Positions 19,825 to 28,356 of a stretch of 64,000 nt of DNA are shown here, piece after piece (position 1 is the first letter of the stretch; every line of letters starts with the position of its first letter). Below the pieces are notes generated by a model, which did not search any database, was not told the origin of the DNA, and was given only the letters and a program-made list of their open reading frames with translations. The position numbers and the translations under genes are program-made. This DNA comes from an uncultured Clostridia bacterium (lineage in GTDB: Bacteria; Bacillota; Clostridia; TANB77; CAG-508): contig CANQEI010000003.1 in assembly GCA_947594845.1 (NCBI GenBank), positions 41,010 to 105,009 of the forward strand, in the 5' to 3' direction.

Positions 19825-22021
19825 TTATTTATTTCTCTTTACCTCATAAACACTTTCAATTCTTTTTAATGTGTTCATCACTTTATTTAATTCATCTAAA
19901 TTTTCAAGTTCTAATGTTAATTCGATAATTGCAATTCTTTCTTTAGTAGTTTTAGTATTAACTCCTAAAATGTTAAATTTTGCACCAGTAATTTCTTTAA
20001 TAACATCTGATAATAAACCTTGTCTATCATTTGCAAATACTGTAATTTCAACACTATAATTAGTTGTTCGCTCATTTGCCCAATAGACATCAATCATTCT
20101 ATTTTCTTCTGAAATTAAGTCTTTAATATTAGCACAATCTGTTCTATGAACTGATACTCCTCTTCCTTTAGTTATGTATCCAACAATTTGATCTCCAGGC
20201 AATGGATTACAACATTTAGAAAGTTTAACTAAACAATTGTCTATTCCTTCTACTACAACACCTGTTTTTGAAGGCTTAGTAACTGTTTTCTTGTTAGCTA
20301 ATTCTGTAATTGTTTTTTCTAAATCTTCTTCTTTATGTTCTTTCTTATATTCTTCTAATAATCTTGCTAAAATTTTAGCAGCTGAAATAGCTCCAAAACC
20401 GATACTAGCATACATATCATCCACAGAATTATATTTATATCTATCTAAAGCAATTTGAACCCATTCTGGTTTAAACAAATCGCTGTGTTTCATTCCAATT
20501 TTTTTAATATCTTTTTCTAGTATTTCTTTACCTTTTTCAATGTTTTCAGCTCTTTGTGCCTTTTTAAACCATTGTTGAATTCTAGTTTTCGCGCCACTAC
20601 TTTTTACAAACTTAAGCCAATCTCTACTAGGTCCTTTAGCAGAATCTGAAGTAATAATTTCTACAATGTCACCATTTTTAAGTTGTGTAATAATTGGCAT
20701 CATTTTGCTATTTATCTTTGCACCTATCATTCTATGTCCAACTTGTTCATGAATAGCATAAGCTAAATCAATAGGTGTACTTCCTCTAGGCAAAACTTTT
20801 ATATCACCTTTAGGTGTAAAAACGTGAACCTCATCTTCAAATAATTCTTTTTTCAAAGTATTCATAAATTCATCAGGATTTTCTGTATCTTTTTGCCATT
20901 CTAGAGTTTCACGAAGCCAAGCCAATTTATCTTCTTTTACAATAACAGCTTTTTTCTTTCCTTTATTGCTTTGTTCTTTATATGCCCAATGTGCAGCAAT
21001 ACCAAATTCTGCTACTCTATGCATTTCCCAAGTCCTTATTTGTACTTCAAAAGGTGTACCTTTAGGTCCAATTAATGTAGTATGTATTGATTGATACATA
21101 TTCTTTTTAGGAACAGATATATAATCTTTAAATCTTCCTGGCATTGGTGTATATAAATCATGAACAACACCTAATGCAGCATAGCAATCTCTTACAGAGT
21201 TAACTAATATTCTAAGAGCAAATAAATCATATATTTGGTCAAGAGTTGAATTATCTCTTTGCATTTTTCTATAAATACTATAAATATGTTTTGCTCTACC
21301 TGTTACTTCGGCAGTTATTCTTACTTTTTTTAGCTCTAGACGTATTTCATCCATTATTTTATCAATAAATGCAAGTCTTTCATCTCTTTTTTTATCTAGC
21401 CCTTTTACTATTTCATGAAACTCGTCAGGATATAAATATTTGAATGCCAAGTCCTCCAATTCCCATTTTAAAGAATATATACCTAAACGATTTGCAAGAG
21501 GAGCATATAAGTCCATTGTTTCCTTACTATTTGCAATTTGTCTATCTCTACTTAAAAATTTCAAAGTCCTCATATTATGAAGTCTATCAGCAAGTTTTAT
21601 TAAAATAACTCTAATATCTTTTCCCATTGCCAAAAACATTTTTCTGTAGTTTTCAACTTGCTCTTCTTCTTTTGTAGTATATTGCAATTTTCCAAGTTTT
21701 GTAACTCCACTTACCATTTCAGCAACAGATTCGCCAAATTCTTTAACTAAATCTTCGTTAGTTGTATCTGTATCTTCAACAACATCATGTAATAATGCAG
21801 CACAAAGAGTATCTGTATCAAGCTCTAATCCAGCAAGAATATAGGCAACTTGTAAAGGATGAATTATATAAGGCTCACCTGATAATCTCTTTTGATCTCC
21901 GATGCTTTGCCTTAGCATAGTTATAAGCTTTCATTACTTTTCTAGCATCTATGTGGCGATTTTTTTCTTTAGCCAATTTTATTACATCTTCAATATTCTT
22001 TTCTACAGTATCTTCTTTCAA
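19825..22021 (-). CDS. relA: Bifunctional (p)ppGpp synthetase/hydrolase RelA/SpoT-homolog, interrupted by a +1 frame break near 21901
   Basis: Downstream frame reads GDQKRLSGEPYIIHPLQVA... (HD, synthetase, TGS, ACT regions). Upstream frame from TTG 22021 (GGAGGGGA RBS) reads LKEDTVEKNIEDVIKLAKEKNRHIDARKVMKAYNYAKAKH. The two join as ...AAG CAT [C] GGA GAT CAA..., so one extra nucleotide separates them. Confidence 0.85.
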
Positions 22022-22035
22022 TGCTACATCCCCTC

Positions 22036-23721
22036 CTAATATGATTTCATTATATCTTTCATATTAATTTGAACATAATCTTTTCCATTAAATGAGTTAA
22101 TTTCTAAATTTCCAACAATATCTATTTTATCACCAATTAGATATTCTTTTGATAAATATCCCATATTAAAACCAATTGCAGAAATAATTGTATTTTCATC
22201 TTTCAAAGTTAATTTAAGATGTTTACCATCAGATAATGCTCTTATAGAATCTATTTTTAAATTCTTATATGCAAAAACAGGTCTTCTATTAGATTCTCCA
22301 AAAGGTTCTAATAGGTCTAATTCTTTTACATTTTCACAAGCAATATCTTTTAAATCTATAAGTTTATCTATCTCAATAATTGGAACTATTTCAGATATAT
22401 TTTTACTTTTTGCATATTCTTCAAAATTTTCTTTGAATCTATTAAAATTACTTTTCTTAATTCCAAGTCCTACAGCCATTTCATGTCCGCCATATTTTTC
22501 TAGTTCATCAGAAAGATGTACAAGTGCATCATGCAAGTCAAAACCTGGTATACTTCTTCCAGAACCTTTTCCTTCTTCTCCTTCAAAACATATTAAAATT
22601 GAAGGTTTAAAATACATATCAGTAATCTTTGATGAAACAATTCCAATTACTCCATGATGCCATTTATCAGACCCAAGTACAATGGTTTTACAATTTTCAT
22701 CTTCTTTTTCAATCATTGCAATTGCTTCTTCAAAAATATTTTTTTCTATTTCTTGTCTTTCTTTATTGTATTGATTCAACTTTTCAGTTATTGCATTTGC
22801 TTCAACAATATTTTCTGTTAAAAACAATTCTAAAGCTTCTTTTTCGTGTCCCATACGCCCACAGGCATTTATTCTAGGTGCTATTCCAAATGAAATAGCA
22901 TTAGAATTTACTTGTTTATATCCAGAAGCATTAAGCAAAGCTTTTAATCCTGGGCTTTTAGTAACTTCTATTAATTTTATTCCCAATTTAGCTATAACTC
23001 TGTTTTCATCTACAAGTGGAACAATATCTGAAATTGTGCCTAAACAAACAATATCTAGATATTTTAAATACTCTTTTTCTGGCATATTTAATTTTATTCC
23101 AATAGCTTGTGATAATTTAAAAACAACTCCACAACCAGCTAGGCTTTTAAAAGGATATTCGCTATCCTTTCTTTTTAAATCTATAATTGCCAATGCATTA
23201 GGCAATGTTTCCATTGGTTCATGATGATCTGTTACTATTGTTTCAATTCCTAAGCTATTTGCATATTCAATCTCATCTATTGCGGAAATACCACAATCAA
23301 CTGTAATTATTAATGTATAATCTTGTTCCTTTATCTTATCAATAGCTTCTTTATTTAATCCATATCCTTCACTTAAACGGTTTGGTATGTAATATCCTGT
23401 TTCTAAACCGCAATCTTTTAAAAATTTTTTTAAAACCGTTATACTCGTAATTCCATCAACATCATAATCTCCATAAATAATAACCTTTTCATTTGCATTA
23501 ATAGCTTTTATAATTCTATCAACCGCAATCTTCATATCAGGCATCAAATAAGGATCATGAAAATCATTCCTTGTAGGATTTAAAAAAATTTCTATTTCTT
23601 TTTCATCTGTAATTCCTCTATTTACTAAAATTGTAGCTAATAATTTAGATATATTAAATTTATTTACAATTTTTTCAACTTCTTCTTGATTACATTCTTG
23701 ATATTCCCATTTTTTTCGCAT
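22036..23721 (-). CDS. recJ: Single-stranded-DNA-specific exonuclease RecJ
   Basis: IYGDYDVDGITS, TVDCGISA, TDHH (DHH motifs) and GGHEMAVG (DHHA1). Confidence 0.9.
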   Translation of the reverse strand: MRKKWEYQECNQEEVEKIVNKFNISKLLATILVNRGITDEKEIEIFLNPTRNDFHDPYLMPDMKIAVDRIIKAINANEKVIIYGDYDVDGITSITVLKKFLKDCGLETGYYIPNRLSEGYGLNKEAIDKIKEQDYTLIITVDCGISAIDEIEYANSLGIETIVTDHHEPMETLPNALAIIDLKRKDSEYPFKSLAGCGVVFKLSQAIGIKLNMPEKEYLKYLDIVCLGTISDIVPLVDENRVIAKLGIKLIEVTKSPGLKALLNASGYKQVNSNAISFGIAPRINACGRMGHEKEALELFLTENIVEANAITEKLNQYNKERQEIEKNIFEEAIAMIEKEDENCKTIVLGSDKWHHGVIGIVSSKITDMYFKPSILICFEGEEGKGSGRSIPGFDLHDALVHLSDELEKYGGHEMAVGLGIKKSNFNRFKENFEEYAKSKNISEIVPIIEIDKLIDLKDIACENVKELDLLEPFGESNRRPVFAYKNLKIDSIRALSDGKHLKLTLKDENTIISAIGFNMGYLSKEYLIGDKIDIVGNLEINSFNGKDYVQINMKDIMKSY

Positions 23722-23825
23722 CTCTTTCTCCTATAAAAATAAACAATTCTTGAATATTATATATTATTTTTACTTTTTTTAAAATACTTTTTAGGAATTT
23801 ATCGAAATATAAAAAATAAAAACAA

Positions 23826-23856
23826 AAAAACGATAATAAAATTATCGTTTTTTATT
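23826..23856 (-). terminator. Rho-independent terminator after the DUF1292 gene
   Basis: AAAACGATAAT-loop-ATTATCGTTTT followed by a T-run on the minus strand. Confidence 0.7.
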
Positions 23857-23858
23857 TT

Positions 23859-24146
23859 TTATTTTTTATCATTCTTAGTTGCTTGATTAATTATAGTATT
23901 AAGCACATTAGAAATCATTTCATTTTCCTCAGCAGTTAATTTTGTATTTACATATAATTTATCATTCTCTTCCTTATAGCTTCCTGCTTTCATTAGTAAA
24001 GTTCCTGATGGTGATTCAGTATATTCGGTAAAAATCACATAACTTTTTCCTGTAATTTCTGAATCAAAAGAACAAAATATCTCATACTTTCCCTCATTAT
24101 TTTCTTCATCCACTATATTGACAATTCTTTTCATATTATCTTTCAT
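23859..24146 (-). CDS. DUF1292-family small protein
   Basis: IVNIVDEENNEGKYEIFCSFDS..GKSYVIFTEY pattern typical of DUF1292. Confidence 0.6.
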   Translation of the reverse strand: MKDNMKRIVNIVDEENNEGKYEIFCSFDSEITGKSYVIFTEYTESPSGTLLMKAGSYKEENDKLYVNTKLTAEENEMISNVLNTIINQATKNDKK

Positions 24147-25623
24147 CTCCTTGTTTATTTTTTAATACAGCAACAGTAGCATTATCTTTTCCACCTTGTA
24201 TAACTGGATTATAATCTCCATCATTTCTATATTGTCTTGGAATATAACTATCTTGTTGTATCGCTTCTGCAACAAGCATTTGTGATAATTTTTTATAATC
24301 AGTTCTCTGTGTTATTGCTTTTATTTGTGTATCTGATAAGCAATCTGTAACTCCATCACTAAATAGCATTAAAGTAGAATACTGATCATTTGGAACTGAA
24401 ATATAATGTGGTCTTACGTCATATTGTCCTACGCCTATTGCAGAATGTATACGGTTTGAATCTTTTCTGAATCTTAATAAATCTTTTTCAACTTTTTTAG
24501 CATCTAGCATTTGAGGTGTTAATCTTGCTTCAGGCTGACCCCAACGTCTTTTCCACACTTGGTATGCAGGATTATCATCAGATGTTATTTGATAAAGTTC
24601 ATTATCTTTACCCAAAAAGTAAGCTCTAGAATCTCCTACTGAAGCAACAAGAGTATTCTCTTCTCCAACTATTGCACCAACAAAAGTAGAACCAGCATTT
24701 GCGTACATTTTATTTATTTCATCATTAATTTCTTGTAGCTGACTAGTCCATTCACGAGATAAATCCCCAATTCTCTCACTAGATAGAAGTTGAGTATCTA
24801 GTTTATTAAACCAATAGTACATTTTTTGGGCAATTTGACTACTTGCTTTTTCTCCATCCTGATGTCCTCCCATTCCGTCAGCAACCAAAAGCATCTTATA
24901 TTTTGGATTTTTAGGATGATACATTATTAAAACAGAATCTTCCTGATTTTTTCTTTTTTCTCCAATATCTGTAGTAGCAAACATTTCATCATTCAAGTTA
25001 TAGTTTCTAGCAGGTCTACCTTCTAAATTTCCATTATTTTTAATATCATTTTGTATTGAAATTTGTGTTCCATCCAATACTTCTTGAGCACAATAATTAA
25101 CTGCAATTGGGTTAATACGTAAATTTTTAACTCCAAATCTAGATTCTAATTGTTTTTGTGCTTCTTGTTGAATTCTATGTGCTTCTTCTTCTTTTTCATA
25201 AGCTACTTCATCCGTAAATAACTGACATGCTATTTCAGCTATTTTATCACTATCCTGTTCAAAAAAATTTTTTTCTTCTCCTAGCATAGAATATGCTAAT
25301 TCAGAAATAATTCTTCTATCACTAATGTGCTCTAATTTTTTTCTTTGAATGGCCTGATATAATAGGCTTTCATAGTGATTTCGTGGTCTTTCACTAGTAG
25401 CTTTCCTTAATAAATATCTTGACAAATAAACAGCTAATTCTTCTCTTGCAATATATTTAATAATATCCTGTCTTGCACCATTTGTAGATGTAAAATAATT
25501 TGGATCACGATACTTCATATAATTTGCAAGTGCTCCTGAAGCTTGTAATGCACCATCTTTTTTTCTTTCATTGAAAACTTTATAAGTTGTATAAACTGCA
25601 TTTTTTAACTTTTTTTCATCCAT
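24136..25623 (-). CDS. PP2C-family Ser/Thr phosphatase with a ~220-aa N-terminal domain of unknown function
   Basis: EDSVLI...LVADGMGGHQDGEKAS, GSTFVG, VGDSRAY, FSDGVTD and GGKDNATV (PP2C motifs) in the C-terminal half. Confidence 0.8.
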   Translation of the reverse strand: MDEKKLKNAVYTTYKVFNERKKDGALQASGALANYMKYRDPNYFTSTNGARQDIIKYIAREELAVYLSRYLLRKATSERPRNHYESLLYQAIQRKKLEHISDRRIISELAYSMLGEEKNFFEQDSDKIAEIACQLFTDEVAYEKEEEAHRIQQEAQKQLESRFGVKNLRINPIAVNYCAQEVLDGTQISIQNDIKNNGNLEGRPARNYNLNDEMFATTDIGEKRKNQEDSVLIMYHPKNPKYKMLLVADGMGGHQDGEKASSQIAQKMYYWFNKLDTQLLSSERIGDLSREWTSQLQEINDEINKMYANAGSTFVGAIVGEENTLVASVGDSRAYFLGKDNELYQITSDDNPAYQVWKRRWGQPEARLTPQMLDAKKVEKDLLRFRKDSNRIHSAIGVGQYDVRPHYISVPNDQYSTLMLFSDGVTDCLSDTQIKAITQRTDYKKLSQMLVAEAIQQDSYIPRQYRNDGDYNPVIQGGKDNATVAVLKNKQGDER

Positions 25624-25813
25624 ACAATAAACTCTTTTCTTCTTATTTTTTACTTACTAAAAAAATTATAACATATTAATAAATATAAATACAATTATTT
25701 TCGGCAAACTTCGTCACCATATATGCCTTTTCAACATAATTTATAATATAAATATTTTTATTCATCAAGTTTAAAATAAGTTTCTAATATACAAAATAAA
25801 AGGAGGAATTTTA

Positions 25814-26152
25814 ATGTTTAGAAATTGCAGTTGTTCTTGTAACAATAATCAGCAAAATGATACTAACAACATGTATGAAGAATCTTGCGATATAAATACA
25901 ACTTATGATGATATGGATATGAATTCTTGTTCATGTGGATTTGACGAATATTCCGCTTTTCCTCAAAATTGGATGTATGGTCATTCATATGTACCTCGTC
26001 AAAGATTAAATAAAGTATATACTCCCGAAATTGGCTTAAAAATGGGAACTATATTTCCTGAATTAGTTAGTCCTTACTGTCCAAATCAATCATTAGAAGT
26101 AAATATGTATTTAAAAAATTCAAATACTATTGGGGAGGGCTGTAATTCATAA
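25814..26152 (+). CDS. cotJA: Spore coat-associated protein CotJA
   Basis: YVPRQRLNKVYTPEIGLKMGTIFPELVSPY, which is the CotJA signature. AAAGGAGG RBS. Confidence 0.8.
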   Translation: MFRNCSCSCNNNQQNDTNNMYEESCDINTTYDDMDMNSCSCGFDEYSAFPQNWMYGHSYVPRQRLNKVYTPEIGLKMGTIFPELVSPYCPNQSLEVNMYLKNSNTIGEGCNS

Positions 26153-26421
26153 TGGAAGAATATTGTAACAATCATACAAGAGGCGAATTATTAGATGAAA
26201 TTCGTGCTACAAATTTTAGCTTAATAGAACTTGGATTATATTTAGATATTAATCCAAATGACAAAAGAGCACTTTGTTTATGTAATGAATGTGCTAAGAA
26301 ATTAAAAATGTTAACAGATAATTATCAAAAAATTTATGGTCCACTTACTATAGAGTTCCCATGCAATAAATGGCGTTGGCTTGAGGAACCATGGCCTTGG
26401 GAAAAAGGAGGTAGTTTTTAA
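26152..26421 (+). CDS. cotJB: Spore coat protein CotJB
   Basis: LLDEIRATNFSLIELGLYLDINPNDKRAL...PWPWE. Position between cotJA and cotJC, with overlapping stop/start. Confidence 0.8.
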   Translation: MEEYCNNHTRGELLDEIRATNFSLIELGLYLDINPNDKRALCLCNECAKKLKMLTDNYQKIYGPLTIEFPCNKWRWLEEPWPWEKGGSF

Positions 26422-26822
26422 TGTGGTTATATCAAAAAAAATTAGAATATCCTGTTAGAATAAAATGTACCAATCCTCGATTAGCTAAATTTATAATATC
26501 ACAATATGGTGGTCCAGATGGTGAATTAGCTGCATCATTAAGATATCTTTCACAAAGATTTGGCATGCCAGATCAAAAGTCTAAAGCAATTCTAAATGAT
26601 ATTGGTACTGAGGAGTTAGCCCACTTAGAAATGGTTGGAAGCATTGTTCATCAATTAACTGATGGTGTTCCTGTAGAAGAATTAGAAAAGGCTGGTTTAG
26701 GAGCATATTATACTGATCATGGAGTTGATGTCTATCCTTCTTCTGCAGCTGGAGTTCCTTTCACAGCCGCATATATGGCTGTGAACTTTAGGATAAAAAA
26801 AAGCAATGTCAATTATCTTTAA
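26421..26822 (+). CDS. cotJC: cotJC 5' segment (Mn-catalase-family spore coat protein). Codons 1-118 are genuine and the last ~15 codons are read-through into the inserted element.
   Basis: MWLYQKKLEYPVRIKCTNPRLAKFIISQYGGPDGELAASLRYLSQRF...IGTEELAHLEMVG...AAGVPFTAAY then diverges (MAVNFRIKKSNVNYL*). Confidence 0.85.
   Translation: MWLYQKKLEYPVRIKCTNPRLAKFIISQYGGPDGELAASLRYLSQRFGMPDQKSKAILNDIGTEELAHLEMVGSIVHQLTDGVPVEELEKAGLGAYYTDHGVDVYPSSAAGVPFTAAYMAVNFRIKKSNVNYL
26757..26792. other. Left junction (attL-like) of the cotJC intervening element
   Basis: CCTTTCACAGCC GCATATAT GGCTGTGAACTTTAGG. It shares TTCACAGCC..ATATAT with the right junction. Confidence 0.7.
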
Positions 26823-26843
26823 TTAACATTGCTCTTCTGTCTC
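26795..26843 (-). terminator. Terminator of the cargo operon, just inside the element's left end
   Basis: Minus strand reads AGCAATGT-16 nt-ACATTGCT followed by TTTTTTTT. Confidence 0.65.
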
Positions 26844-26855
26844 AATATGAAAATT

Positions 26856-28334
26856 TTATTCTTCTGTGCTAGATTCAATTAAAGCATCTATCATATTTAC
26901 TATATCTGCTTCATTTATAGTTTCACCAGCTTTTAAATCTTCTTCATCTTCTCCAGAAAATTTAGCCGTTTCTACTATTGGCAATAATTCTTTTAATGTT
27001 TCTCTATCAAAATCATTGTCTTCATTCATTACTTCTATTAACATACAATAGTTTGAATCTAATTTTGTATATACAATTAATTCGTTTGTTCCACCTACAC
27101 TTAATTCAATAGTAATAAATTCTACACCATCTATTGTTTCTGCTTTAACATCTGAAACTTTTCCACCAACATTTTTAAAAGTTTCTTCTAATTCACTCTT
27201 TAGGGATGTTATATTTTTTTTCAAATCTTCATATCTTACTGGTTGTATCATCAAATTAGCCAACCATGTTGAATCTTCATCCTGTAGCTGTATTGTATTA
27301 TTAGTATCATCTATTTTATACTCTAAATTATCTGGTATGTATAGTGTAAATCCTGAAAACTTAACTTCTTGTGAAGATGATGATGGCGTATTTGTTGAAT
27401 TTCCAGTATTGTTATCTTTGCCTTCATCTTCTTCATCTTTATTTTCATTTGATGTAGATGATATTTTTTTATCTTCTTTTGATTCTTTTTCTCCACTATT
27501 ATCTATGAAAGCTGAAAAAATAATTAAGCTTATTACAGCTACAATTATAACAATCAATACGATTATAACACATACCTTTACTACACCATTATTATTTTTT
27601 TTAGGCTGATTGTTATTATTTACACTCTGTTGAGTCTTTTGTTGATTTGCTTGTACATTGTTACTGTTAGATTGTGAATAATTATTTTGTTGTGCATAAT
27701 TACTACTAGGTTGTGAATAATTACTTTGTGATGCATAATTGCTACCAGACTGTGAATAGTTACTTTGTGGCGCATAATTATTAGATTGTGTGTTATTACT
27801 TTGTGGTGCATAATTATTAGATTGTGTATTATTACTTTGTGGTGCATAATTATTGTTTGATTGTGCATAGTTTCCGCTATATTGCATATTATTACTTGGC
27901 TGCGCATATTCATTATTAGATTGTATATTATTGTTTGGTTGTGTATAGCCATTATTAGATTGCGTATTATTGTTTGACTGTGCATAGCCATTATCATATT
28001 GTGTATTATTGTTTGACTGTGCATAGCCATTATCATATTGTGTATTATTGTTTGGCTGTGCATATCCATTATTAGATTGTGTATTATTATTTGGCTGTGC
28101 ATAGTTATTATTAGATTCTATATTACTATTTGGTGGTGCAAACCTACTGTTAGATTGCCCATAATTACTTGTTCCATCATTTCCTTGATTGGAAGTAGAT
28201 GTATTACCATAATTATAAGAACCTCCATTTTGAGAATTTAAATCATTAGTAGTTGATTTTTGCACTAATGTACCACACTTAGGACAAAATATATCATTTT
28301 CTGTTAATGGTTCTCCACATTTACTACAATTCAT
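26856..28334 (-). CDS. Cargo protein D: N-terminal zinc-ribbon, long N/Q/S/Y-rich repeat region, one TM helix, C-terminal extracytoplasmic domain
   Basis: MNCSKCGEPLTENDIFCPKCG (CxxC-n11-CxxC). About 165 aa of YAQ(P/S)NNNTQSNNG-type repeats. TM VVKVCVIIVLIVIIVAVISLIIFSAFI. Start set at ATG 28334 (GAAAGGAG RBS). Confidence 0.7.
   Translation of the reverse strand: MNCSKCGEPLTENDIFCPKCGTLVQKSTTNDLNSQNGGSYNYGNTSTSNQGNDGTSNYGQSNSRFAPPNSNIESNNNYAQPNNNTQSNNGYAQPNNNTQYDNGYAQSNNNTQYDNGYAQSNNNTQSNNGYTQPNNNIQSNNEYAQPSNNMQYSGNYAQSNNNYAPQSNNTQSNNYAPQSNNTQSNNYAPQSNYSQSGSNYASQSNYSQPSSNYAQQNNYSQSNSNNVQANQQKTQQSVNNNNQPKKNNNGVVKVCVIIVLIVIIVAVISLIIFSAFIDNSGEKESKEDKKISSTSNENKDEEDEGKDNNTGNSTNTPSSSSQEVKFSGFTLYIPDNLEYKIDDTNNTIQLQDEDSTWLANLMIQPVRYEDLKKNITSLKSELEETFKNVGGKVSDVKAETIDGVEFITIELSVGGTNELIVYTKLDSNYCMLIEVMNEDNDFDRETLKELLPIVETAKFSGEDEEDLKAGETINEADIVNMIDALIESSTEE
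27610..28110 (-). repeat. In-frame degenerate tandem repeats (about 36-39 nt units) encoding the N/Q/Y-rich low-complexity region
   Basis: Reiterated ...AATAATAATACACAATCTAATAATGGATATGCACAGCC...-like units visible in the DNA. Protein repeats NNNTQ(S/Y)(N/D)NGYAQ(P/S). Confidence 0.8.
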
Positions 28335-28356
28335 CCTTTGTCTCCTTTCTACATTA

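Noticed and set aside
26421-26822. Considered cotJC to be a simple truncated pseudogene.
   Set aside because: The missing C-terminal 77 codons are intact, in the same orientation and frame-compatible 8 kb away. The interruption is bounded by a shared core and carries a recombinase. That argues for a split gene rather than decay.
27620-28102. 160-aa ORF (MHSQIIIHNLIMD...) on the same strand as cargo gene D.
   Set aside because: It is an alternative frame of the tandem N/Q-repeat DNA. Its periodic H/I/M translation is a repeat artefact. The zinc-ribbon/TM frame is continuous and has the RBS.
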